The notes below the pieces were generated by a model that saw only the letters and a program-made list of their open reading frames with translations, ran no database searches and was not told where the DNA came from. A stretch of 56,877 nucleotides of DNA from Phycisphaerae bacterium (GTDB lineage Bacteria > Planctomycetota > Phycisphaerae > UBA1845): NCBI GenBank assembly GCA_040235375.1, contig JBECKQ010000318.1, positions 1-56,877 of the forward strand, given 5' to 3'. Both the position numbers and the translations under genes were made by a program. Shown one piece after another: positions 10,109 to 19,137 of the stretch. Within the stretch, counting starts at the first letter, position 1, and each line of letters begins with the position of its first letter.

Positions 10109-11520
10109 GTGACACCTGTCAGCAGAAAAGTCCTCGTCGTCTGATCGCTGAACGCCTGGCCCGGAAAGAACGCACCGTAGCGAACGGTCCAACTCAAGTC
10201 GGTCGTGATTGCCCAGTTGGCATAGTAGTCCATTTCCCAGCCGAGGTAGCCGGAGTCGAGGTCGGCCGTGGGATCGGAGACGGCGCCATCCCGGCGGTTC
10301 TTCCACGACAGGAACCAATTGGTGCCGAGCTCGAGCCGATCGAACCGTTCGCTGTCCTCGAACGGGAAGAAAGAGGCGCCGGCCCGCCACAGGTGGATGT
10401 TGCTCAATCGCGGAGCGAAAGCGAGGCCGGTATCGCGGTAGCCGAAGCCGATGAAGCTGCGATCGGTGAAGTCGCCGACGTTGCCGCCGATGGTGTCGGT
10501 CGGGCTCGCGTATCGGCCGGAATCGCCGCTGGCGAACATGTACTCCACGCCGAAACGCGGCTGCGTACGGACATCGGGCAGGTAAGTGAGCTCGAAATCG
10601 AACGCCCACGCCCGGATGACGTTGCGGCGCAGGAAGCGACGATCGCCGTAGCTGTGGCCGCTTTCATAGACCCATTCGGTCGAGTAGCGCAGGTCGCTCC
10701 CAAGCTGGCCGACCGAGCCGAGGCCCACGTAGAACGAATCGTAGTCGAAACGCTGCAAGGGTGTCGGATACGTGTCGCGGTTGAGGTCGCTTTGCCAGAG
10801 AACGTACGCGAACGGGCGGTGCTGCTCGAAGCCGAGGTAATCAAGCTGGGCGCCGAAGAATGCGCGGCGCGTCCGATCGGTCGGCCGCGTGAAGTCGAAG
10901 TCAACGCTGCTGCCGACCGTCCGGCCGGCAAGGCCCGTGACCGCGAAGTCCCGGTAGCGCCCCTCGACGGATACGTGGTCGAGCGTGTCCCAGAGAGCGA
11001 GGCCGGTGCCGAACTCGACGAGATCACGGCCGACCTTGAAGCGCAGGTTGTAGTCGGGCCACGACCGGCCTGGCCGGGCGAGGGCGCGGGCAAGGTCGAA
11101 CCGGTAGAACCCCCGTTCGAGGTTCATGCCTTCCCAGTCATTGTCGTTGCCGTCGTATGAATCGCCGCTGTTGAAATCGAGGTAGCTGAGCAGACCGCGA
11201 ACGTAGAACTCGTGGGCGCCCTCGTCCAGCGCCAGCCGCGACCAGAGGCGCAGATCGTGCCGGCGGAGCGTGCGGGAGCTGTTGACGCCGTCGTCGAAGA
11301 TGAACAGGTTGAAGCTGTACGCGCCGCCGTAGTCGAAGTCCACTTTCTGCGTGGCGGGCATTTCGCGGTCGATCTCGTCCCAGATGCGAAAGCGGACGTC
11401 CCGCTGTTGTTGCAGGAATGTGTCCGACTCGCGTTCGATTTGTGCCGGTGCGGCGGTCGCGACCAATGCCACGACGAGGGCCGTCGTGCAGAGAAGAGCG
11501 CGCGCCCGATCCGTGATCAA
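10096..11520 (-). CDS. outer-membrane beta-barrel, alginate export (AlgE-like) family
   Basis: Signal peptide APA-Q, amphipathic beta strands, KVGRD, ASGD and LGWEMDYY motifs, C-terminal Phe (TWSF); SD-like GGGAGA before TTG. Confidence 0.8.
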   Translation of the reverse strand: MITDRARALLCTTALVVALVATAAPAQIERESDTFLQQQRDVRFRIWDEIDREMPATQKVDFDYGGAYSFNLFIFDDGVNSSRTLRRHDLRLWSRLALDEGAHEFYVRGLLSYLDFNSGDSYDGNDNDWEGMNLERGFYRFDLARALARPGRSWPDYNLRFKVGRDLVEFGTGLALWDTLDHVSVEGRYRDFAVTGLAGRTVGSSVDFDFTRPTDRTRRAFFGAQLDYLGFEQHRPFAYVLWQSDLNRDTYPTPLQRFDYDSFYVGLGSVGQLGSDLRYSTEWVYESGHSYGDRRFLRRNVIRAWAFDFELTYLPDVRTQPRFGVEYMFASGDSGRYASPTDTIGGNVGDFTDRSFIGFGYRDTGLAFAPRLSNIHLWRAGASFFPFEDSERFDRLELGTNWFLSWKNRRDGAVSDPTADLDSGYLGWEMDYYANWAITTDLSWTVRYGAFFPGQAFSDQTTRTFLLTGVTWSF

Positions 11521-11805
11521 TGGACTTCTCCCCTTATCCGGTGCCCGCTTTCGGGGCGTTCACCCTATGACCGCTCGAGGGTACGCCCGAGAAACGACCG
11601 CCGCATCGCGACAGACAGCCTGCCGCACTTGTTCCGCAGTCGGAAGTGTCGCCGGGCTTCGCCGGAAGGTCAAGAAACTATTGGAGGCGAATGGCTCGGG
11701 TAGCCGCCGACGGGGGGGAAGAAGTGCCCGCGCAATAAGGGACCCCGTGTTTCTCTGACGAGAAACACGGGGCCGCTGAAAAGGGGACACGACAGCTTCC
11801 ATCCG

Positions 11806-11835
11806 TGTATAGGCACCGATGAAAGGGGTAGTCAA
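11806..11835 (-). promoter_or_regulatory. putative sigma70 promoter
   Basis: TTGACT-N18-TATACA on the minus strand, facing a perfect hairpin and the barrel gene. Confidence 0.4.
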
Positions 11836-12072
11836 TCGGTCCAACGATTTTCTCGCCGCGCGTTGCCTTCCGGCGGCCCGGGCACCGCTGCGCAGCACCG
11901 TGAACAACGGAAATCGGCCGTCGGAGGGAAATGTGCCGGCCCTGTCACATCGGTCAGGCCGCATTACAATGCCAACGCGGCGGTCAGATGCTCCTCGGGT
12001 CGGTACCATTTTCGGGCATGACGGCATCACTTATCGGCAGGGCGGCGGCCCCCATCGGTGGAGAAGCGATCC

Positions 12073-12708
12073 ATGGCCAAGTGGGACAACGTGACGGTTG
12101 TCGAGCACCCTCTGATTCAGGAACGGCTGACGCTCGCCCGCGACCGGCACACGGGTGTCGCCCAATTCCGCAAGCTCCTCGAGCAGATCGCCACCTTGAT
12201 GGCCTTCGAGATTACGCGCGACTACCCCACCATCGCGGTGGAGGTGGAGACGCCGCTTGGGCCTTGCCAGGGCGTCCGGCTGGCACAGCGCATCACCGTC
12301 GTGCCGATTCTCCGCGCCGGCTTGGGCATGGCCGACGGCGTTCTGCAGATCATTCCGGAGGCGAGAGTCGGTCACTGCGGGGCCTATCGCGACATCGAAT
12401 CTCTCACGCCCGTCGTCTACTACAAGAAGCTGCCGCCCGACATCGCGAGGACGGACGTGATCATCGTGGATCCGATGCTGGCCACGGGCGGGTCCATCTG
12501 CGAGGTCGTATCCACGGTCCGGGAGGCCCGCGCCGAGCGCATCAAGATACTGTGCCTGGTGGCCAGCCCGGAGGGCATCGCGGCGGTCAACCGCGGCCAT
12601 CCGGAGGTGCGCATCTACACCGCCGCCGTCGACGATCGTCTGAACCAGAAGGGCTACATCATCCCCGGTCTTGGCGACGCCGGCGACAGGCTATACGGGA
12701 CGGCATGA
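12073..12708 (+). CDS. upp: uracil phosphoribosyltransferase
   Basis: VPILRAGLGM, DPMLATGGS and YIIPGLGDAGDRLYGT motifs. Confidence 0.98.
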   Translation: MAKWDNVTVVEHPLIQERLTLARDRHTGVAQFRKLLEQIATLMAFEITRDYPTIAVEVETPLGPCQGVRLAQRITVVPILRAGLGMADGVLQIIPEARVGHCGAYRDIESLTPVVYYKKLPPDIARTDVIIVDPMLATGGSICEVVSTVREARAERIKILCLVASPEGIAAVNRGHPEVRIYTAAVDDRLNQKGYIIPGLGDAGDRLYGTA

Positions 12709-12998
12709 CACGACGTGACACTATTTGTCCGGTCGCGCGCGAGGGGCGCCGCGCCATTACAGTTGTGAAAACCACTCGCCGGCCTGCGGCTGCCGGTTAC
12801 GATCCTGTGTCTCGATGCCCCAGGCCGGTTCGTGGTTACGGCAAGATGCGTTTTTCGTCCAAGCTCGTGTGTGAGCGTGTATTGTTGTCAAACGCGGGGC
12901 TGTCGGCCTTCTGTGCGACCGGCGCCGGTGTAGACTGCATTGCAGCAAATGGCTAGTTGTCGAGGCGGACGAAGCGACCCTTCAGTAGGAGATCGGCG

Positions 12999-14834
12999 AT
13001 GAGAAGTTCAGCTCGTTATTCTGTGACAACCCTTGTTTGCGTAATGGGGCTCTGTGCGACTGCAGTCTGGGCCGCCGGGCCCGAGGTCGCGGTGATTCGT
13101 TTCGACGGTCCGGTGATCGAGAAACCGCAGGGCGATTTGGGGCTCCACCTCGGCATCGAGCCCGACACGCTGAGGGACATCGTTCATCGTTTCGAGAAGG
13201 CGAAGAACGATGACAACGTGAAGGCCGTCCTCATCACATTCGGCCGGGCGGCAATCGGCACCGCCCAGATCGAGGAGATACGCAAAGCGATGCAGGACGT
13301 GGGCAAGCCGGTCTACGTTCATGCGGATTCACTCGATACCGGGCTCTACCTGCTCGCGTCGGCGGCGTCGCACATCAACATGACGCCGACCGGCGATCTC
13401 TGGGTGATCGGCATCCACGCGGAAGCGCCGTATCTTCGCAACCTGCTCGACAAGATTCACGTCGCTCCCGACTTCGTGCACATCGGCGACTACAAGAGCG
13501 CCGGCGAAACGCTCTATCGCACCGGGCCGAGCGAGGACGCCGAAGCCAACATGAACTGGTTGCTCGACGGACTGTACGGGTCGATCCTCGAGCAGATTGC
13601 CAAGTCCCGTTTCAACGGCGACGTGGAAAAGGTACGCGGCCTCGTCAACCTTGCTCCTTACACCGCGGAAGAGGGGCTCAAGCTCGGTCTCATCGACTCG
13701 GTCGAGCACATCCAGCAGCTCTCCGAGGAGCTCAAGGGCAAGTACGGCCAGGACCTCACCTTCGTGCGCGACTACGGCGCCAAGAGCGAGATTCCGGAAA
13801 TCGACTTCACCAATCCGCTCGTCGGATTCATGCAGCTCCTCGAGCAGTTGACCTCGGGTCCGAAGGAGCAGGAGAAGACGTCCATCGCCATCGTGTACGT
13901 GGAAGGCATGATCGTTCCCGGCGAGGAGGAGCCGTCTCTGTTCGGCAGCAGCTCAGGGGCATGGAGCACGACCATTCGCCGCGCCCTGGACAAAGCGGCC
14001 AATGACGACTCGGTGAAGGCCGTCGTACTGCGCGTCGATTCGCCGGGAGGCTCGGCGCTCGCCAGCGAGGTGATCTACTACGCGACGCAGCGCGTTCGCG
14101 ACAGGGGCAAGCCTCTCGTCGTGTCGATGGGGAACGTCGCCGCCAGCGGCGGGTACTATGTCTCCTGCGGCGCGGACTACATCTACGCCGACGACATGAC
14201 GATCACCGCTTCGATCGGAGTCCTGGGAGGCAAGCTGGTGACGACCGGAATGTGGGACGCGATCGGCGTGAACTGGTTCCAGTACAATCGAGGCGACAAC
14301 TCGGACATCATGACCACCGCCCACAAGTGGTCCGACGACGATCGCCAGAGAATCACCAACTGGATGGAGCAAGTCTACGGCGTCTTCAAGGGGCACATTC
14401 GGGATCATCGCAAGGACAAGCTGGCCCAACCGCTTGACGAAGTGGCCGGCGGCCGCGTTTATACCGGCCAGCAGGCGCTGAAGCGGGGCCTCGTGGACGG
14501 CATCGGCACACTCGACGACGCCGTCGCCAAGGCGGCCGGTCTCGCAGGCATCACGACGTACGAACTGCGGGTCATGCCGCGCCCGAAGACGCTCTTCGAC
14601 CTCATCCGTGAGGGTATGGGGCCGCACGATACCAAGGAGATCGAGGCGGGCGCCTTCCGCAGGTCGCTGCTCGGCCCGGACTCGCCGTTCTCCCAGGCGC
14701 TGCTCGACGCGGTCCGCCGGCTGGATCCGCAGCGGGCGCGTGCGTTCACGCAGGCCGTCATGCGCCTCGACCTCATCGAGCAGGAAGGCGTCATTACCAT
14801 GATGCCGGAAGATTTCATCGTGCGGTTCCGGTAG
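12999..14834 (+). CDS. sppA: signal peptide peptidase SppA (S49, two-domain form)
   Basis: GDYKSAGE, LRVDSPGGSA, AASGGYY and GRVYTGQQA motifs; SD AGGAGA. Confidence 0.95.
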   Translation: MRSSARYSVTTLVCVMGLCATAVWAAGPEVAVIRFDGPVIEKPQGDLGLHLGIEPDTLRDIVHRFEKAKNDDNVKAVLITFGRAAIGTAQIEEIRKAMQDVGKPVYVHADSLDTGLYLLASAASHINMTPTGDLWVIGIHAEAPYLRNLLDKIHVAPDFVHIGDYKSAGETLYRTGPSEDAEANMNWLLDGLYGSILEQIAKSRFNGDVEKVRGLVNLAPYTAEEGLKLGLIDSVEHIQQLSEELKGKYGQDLTFVRDYGAKSEIPEIDFTNPLVGFMQLLEQLTSGPKEQEKTSIAIVYVEGMIVPGEEEPSLFGSSSGAWSTTIRRALDKAANDDSVKAVVLRVDSPGGSALASEVIYYATQRVRDRGKPLVVSMGNVAASGGYYVSCGADYIYADDMTITASIGVLGGKLVTTGMWDAIGVNWFQYNRGDNSDIMTTAHKWSDDDRQRITNWMEQVYGVFKGHIRDHRKDKLAQPLDEVAGGRVYTGQQALKRGLVDGIGTLDDAVAKAAGLAGITTYELRVMPRPKTLFDLIREGMGPHDTKEIEAGAFRRSLLGPDSPFSQALLDAVRRLDPQRARAFTQAVMRLDLIEQEGVITMMPEDFIVRFR

Positions 14835-14870
14835 CGATCCGCTGCCGCCGACCGGCGATCGACCAAACGC

Positions 14871-14907
14871 GGGGCCCGCGGGATTCACCCGGCGGGCCCC
14901 TTTTCTT
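14871..14907 (+). terminator. intrinsic terminator after sppA
   Basis: GGGGCCCGC...GCGGGCCCC stem followed by TTTTCTT. Confidence 0.75.
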
Positions 14908-15072
14908 CAGCCTCGCGGCTACCCCGGTTGCACTCTCTCACGCAGGTGTTAAAAGTTGGGATCGCTGCTCGTCAGCAATGCGGCAGTCCTCGCAAGGTAT
15001 CCGGCGGACCGCAGGACCGTGAGCGACCACCACCGGCCGGAATGGGGTTTCTTAGAATTGTCTAAGAATGCG

Positions 15073-16281
15073 ATGAGACAGATCCTGCTCGGGCTCCTGA
15101 TGGGCATGGGCACCGGCCCGATCGTTCACGCTGACAACGGGAATTTCCTGGCCCGCAAGTCGCCGCAAGACGTTCGGGTGCTGACGTACAACATAAACTG
15201 GGACTCGATTTTTCCCGCCAACGACCCCCACAACCACCGATTCCGCGAGCACGATCGTTCGGAGGCGTTTGTCCGCATACTCAAGGCGGTGAACGCGGAC
15301 GTTGTCTGCCTTCAGGAGATCGGCGAACGACGGCCGGCAGGGGACGTGCTCCGCATCCTCGAACAGGCCGTCCCCGCCCCGGCAGGGCGCGAATGGTACA
15401 TTTACAAAGCTGCGGACGATGTCATTGCTTCTATTTACCCGCTGCGGATGCCAGCCGGCGACACGGCGCCGCCGACGAATCGCGGCCTGGCCATGGCGCT
15501 CGTGGATCTGCCGGATCAGATGCACCGGCGGGATCTCTACGTGATCGACACGCACTTCAAGGCGGCGGGAGGTACCAAGAACATCGCTCGCCGGCAGCAG
15601 GAAGCGGATGCGATTGTGCACTGGATTGCGGATGCGCGTCAGACTGGTGGCCGGATTGATCTGCCCCACCTGACGCCGATCGTCATTCTGGGCGATATGA
15701 ACGCCTACGATACTGATCCTCAGCATCACGTCACGACGCTCGTTACCGGTGATATCGCCGACGAACGGCGGTACGGGCCCGACATCGCCCCGGATTGGGA
15801 CTCCACGGCGATGACCGACGCTCTCCCGCACCATAACGCCGGCCTGCCGGAGGTCTATACCTGGCGCGACGACACCGGCCAATACAATCCCGGACCGCTG
15901 GACCGCGTCATCTACACAGACAGCGTTCTGCGTATCGCGAACGCATTCGTGTTGGATACGTCGAAAATGGCTCCGGAGGAGCTCCAGAATGCCGGATTGG
16001 AGGCCGGCGACGTCGCTCTGAATGCCGCTACCGGGCTATTCGATCATTTACCGGTGGTGGTCGATTTTATCATCCCGCCGCCCGCTACGGGCGACGCCGA
16101 TGGGGACGGCCGCGTCGGACTGACCGATTTTGCGGTCTTCGAGGAGTGCGCGGCATCGGCTTCACCGAAACAGGGCTGTGACTTCCTCGACCCGTGCGTG
16201 CAAACGTTTGACTTCGACCTGGACTTCGACGTGGACGACGGGGATTTTCCCTATTTCCAAAGCCGTTTTCAGGGTGAATAG
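15073..16281 (+). CDS. secreted endonuclease/exonuclease/phosphatase (EEP) family protein with C-terminal Cys-containing dockerin-like domain
   Basis: TYNI, CLQE, THFK, LGDMN, LDRV and DHLPV motifs; tail GDADGDGRVGLTDF...C...C...DFDLDFDVDDGDF. Confidence 0.88.
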   Translation: MRQILLGLLMGMGTGPIVHADNGNFLARKSPQDVRVLTYNINWDSIFPANDPHNHRFREHDRSEAFVRILKAVNADVVCLQEIGERRPAGDVLRILEQAVPAPAGREWYIYKAADDVIASIYPLRMPAGDTAPPTNRGLAMALVDLPDQMHRRDLYVIDTHFKAAGGTKNIARRQQEADAIVHWIADARQTGGRIDLPHLTPIVILGDMNAYDTDPQHHVTTLVTGDIADERRYGPDIAPDWDSTAMTDALPHHNAGLPEVYTWRDDTGQYNPGPLDRVIYTDSVLRIANAFVLDTSKMAPEELQNAGLEAGDVALNAATGLFDHLPVVVDFIIPPPATGDADGDGRVGLTDFAVFEECAASASPKQGCDFLDPCVQTFDFDLDFDVDDGDFPYFQSRFQGE

Positions 16282-16768
16282 ACCCTACCGGGACATTTTG
16301 ACGGTCGCTTCAGCACAAGTCCGGACTGGCAATCGCCAGAGTGGTTCATACGTTCCTCCAGAGAGCAAGTCACAATCAGCACGCCGGGTCGGACTCTTCG
16401 TCGCAGTTTGCCAACCTTCTTAGAGTACCTGCGCGTTGGCAATCTGAGGGCTTTTTCGCCGCATGCGGCGAAAATGGGCATTTCCAACATGACCCCCCTG
16501 CGTCACGCGTGAACCGGAAGGCCCCCGCGTTGTCGAGCACCGTAGTTCCAATGTGAACGACGATCTAAACGAGATGGATCGCAGGCTTTGGGTACCCGGT
16601 CGGGGATGCCCTGATCGTTTCGCGGCGCCTTGCTGATTGTCTCAGACGCAAAAAGGCAGGAATATCGTGATATCTCTGTTTGCAATGAGGCGGACTCAAT
16701 ATATCATGCTGTCTGTTCGTAGGGTTTGTCGCGTGGTCGGGACGCCATACTAAAGGAGGACATTGCAG

Positions 16769-17170
16769 ATGGCGAAGACAACCATTAACGAGCTTCAGTC
16801 GTTGGTCAACCGGCTCAAATCCGAACGCCAGTCTCACATGAGTGCCATCGAGGAGATCGATGCCGCTTTTCGAGACCTCGGTATGCCAGCCGGTGGAGAT
16901 GGCACGGGCAGGCGGGTCGCGCGCCCCAGGATGACCGGTGGAAAGAGACGGAAACGCCGGCGTTTCGAGGTGAGCGGTATCAATTCGGTGTATGACTTCA
17001 TCAAGAAGTCGGGATCGAAGGGCGTGACCGGCGCCGACATCGACAAGCATTGGGACTCTGAGGGTCGGGCCGGCAGCGCATACAACATGCTTGGCCAACT
17101 CGTACGCGAGAGAAAGGTCAAGCGCAATAAGCTGAAAGGTCAGCGAGGCAGCATATACACCGCTACCTAA
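16769..17170 (+). CDS. small basic putative DNA-binding (nucleoid-associated-like) protein
   Basis: Strong SD AAAGGAGGA 8 nt upstream; N-terminal coiled coil, KR-rich linker, winged-helix-like C-terminus. Confidence 0.75.
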   Translation: MAKTTINELQSLVNRLKSERQSHMSAIEEIDAAFRDLGMPAGGDGTGRRVARPRMTGGKRRKRRRFEVSGINSVYDFIKKSGSKGVTGADIDKHWDSEGRAGSAYNMLGQLVRERKVKRNKLKGQRGSIYTAT

Positions 17171-17307
17171 GCGACCGCGCGCGATTCCGCGCCGCAATCG
17201 ACGTTCATCCGGACAAGGGGCGGGCGCCTGCGAGACCCTTGGCGTGCTCGATTGCGCATGCTGATTCAGCGCGAAGCGAATTATGCTTTGCGCTTACGCC
17301 AACCGTT

Positions 17308-17345
17308 CGAAGGCCGGCAACCTCCAATCGCCGGCCTTCGTTTTT
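17308..17345 (+). terminator. intrinsic terminator
   Basis: CGAAGGCCGGC / GCCGGCCTTCG perfect 11-bp stem plus TTTTT. Confidence 0.75.
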
Positions 17346-17480
17346 CCTGGTGCAGAGACGCCTTCGCTTGGCCTGACGCGTGCGCATGCACCGCGCGGCC
17401 ATTCGGCGCGCTTGACGGCGGTTCCTGCGGCGGACAAACTCTGAGCCCGGTTTCGGTGTCCTGACAGATGAGGTCTCGAC

Positions 17481-19085
17481 GTGACACAGACGGACTCGCT
17501 ATCTGCACCGCTGCCCACGACGGCCGTCAGTCGGCTTCGCCAGGGTGATCTGTTGCGGGCCGCCATTTGGGCGCTGGTCGTGCTGGCCGGCGTCATGGCT
17601 GTTGCCTTTCCCGTCTACATGCTGTTCTGCGGACGGGAGCGCCTGGTGGCCTACGTGTCCGATGACGCGTACTACTACTTCAACGTCGCCGGCCATCTGG
17701 CGAAGGGCGAGGGTCCCACGGCCGACGGGGTGACGGTCACGACCGGCTTTCATCCGCTCTACGCGTTCCTGCTGGCCGGCACACACACCCTCACGAATCC
17801 GTCGTTGGACGGCTTTATCCGGCAATCGATTGTCCTGAACGCCGTGTGCTTCATTGCCGCGGCGGTGTTTTTGTACCTGGCGGCCAAACGCCTCTGGAGC
17901 GGCGTGGCCGGCGCAGCCGCCGCACTGCTCTGGCTGAGCAATCCGCACGCCAACCTCATCAGCACAACCGGCCTGGAGGGCAGTGTTTACAGCCTGACGC
18001 TGGCCCTGCTGTTCTGGCGGCTGGCGGTGTTCGTCGTCGAACTCGAGCAGAGCGAAGACCACGGCAGATTCTGGCGGCAGGTGCTCGTTCTCGGCGTGGT
18101 TGGCGGCATGGTCGTGCTGAGCCGGACGGACGCGATCACGCTGCTGCCGCTGGTGGCGATAGTCATGCTGGTCGCGGCGCGGCGGATTCGCTGGACGCAG
18201 CGGGCCCTCGGCGTCGGGGCAACGTGCGTGATCGGCGTGGGCTTCCTCAGCCTCTGGTGGTACTACGCCTGGCGGTATACCGGGCAGATCGTCCAGGGTA
18301 GCGCCGCGATCAAGATGCTATGGCATGAGACCAAGGCCGGCGGAGATACCTTCGCCGCCGGGGCGGCGTTTGCGGCGGCCGTCTGGACGAAATACCTGTA
18401 CAAGTCGTTTTTCAAGGTCCCGGCGCTGCTGTGGGTGCTGTCCACCTTCCCCGCGCTCTTCGTCTGGCGGACGGGGCGCGGCCTGGGCCGGGCGGTCTAT
18501 CTGCACACGCTGTGGATCTTCCCGGCCGGCATCGGCCTCGCTTACGCACTGTTCATCGACCGGCCACGGACCTGGTACTACGTGCCGGCGTTGATCGGTC
18601 TTACGCTCATCTCCGCGGGTGGCGTGCATTACCTGCTGACGGTCATCCCCGCGAACCGGTTGTGGGCCCTCGCCCGCAAGTTCGCGCCGCTGCTCGCCTG
18701 GGTGGTCGTGATCGAATCGGGCGCCATCTTCGCCCGCGACGCGATCTACGGCCGATCCGGGGAACAGGTGAACGCCATCGCCGCCGCGGAGATGCTGGTG
18801 CAGGACGTCCCGCCCGGCACACGGCTCGGTTGCTGGCATAGCGGCATCGTGCAGTACTACACGCCCGGCCTGACGGTCATAAACCTGGACGGCTTGGCCA
18901 ACAACGAGATCCTCCCCGTCCTCCGCGGCGAGAAGACCATGAACGACTACTGGGACGAGCGCAACATCACCGTGCTACTCGGAGCGCCGCGTGCCAAGAT
19001 GGGAACATACGCCGAGGAGTGGGACGGCAAGCGACTCGTCACGGTACGCGCGGGCGTGCAGCGGGTGGTCGAAAAGGGCGACTGA
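17481..19085 (+). CDS. multi-pass GT-C superfamily glycosyltransferase
   Basis: DDAYYYF loop after the first TM, TTGFHPLY, GLE, SRTD and INLDGL motifs; many TM segments. Confidence 0.75.
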   Translation: MTQTDSLSAPLPTTAVSRLRQGDLLRAAIWALVVLAGVMAVAFPVYMLFCGRERLVAYVSDDAYYYFNVAGHLAKGEGPTADGVTVTTGFHPLYAFLLAGTHTLTNPSLDGFIRQSIVLNAVCFIAAAVFLYLAAKRLWSGVAGAAAALLWLSNPHANLISTTGLEGSVYSLTLALLFWRLAVFVVELEQSEDHGRFWRQVLVLGVVGGMVVLSRTDAITLLPLVAIVMLVAARRIRWTQRALGVGATCVIGVGFLSLWWYYAWRYTGQIVQGSAAIKMLWHETKAGGDTFAAGAAFAAAVWTKYLYKSFFKVPALLWVLSTFPALFVWRTGRGLGRAVYLHTLWIFPAGIGLAYALFIDRPRTWYYVPALIGLTLISAGGVHYLLTVIPANRLWALARKFAPLLAWVVVIESGAIFARDAIYGRSGEQVNAIAAAEMLVQDVPPGTRLGCWHSGIVQYYTPGLTVINLDGLANNEILPVLRGEKTMNDYWDERNITVLLGAPRAKMGTYAEEWDGKRLVTVRAGVQRVVEKGD

Positions 19086-19137
19086 TTCGGGCATTCGACA
19101 GCTTGGTGCGGGCGTCAGTGGCGAAGGCAGGAGGCGG

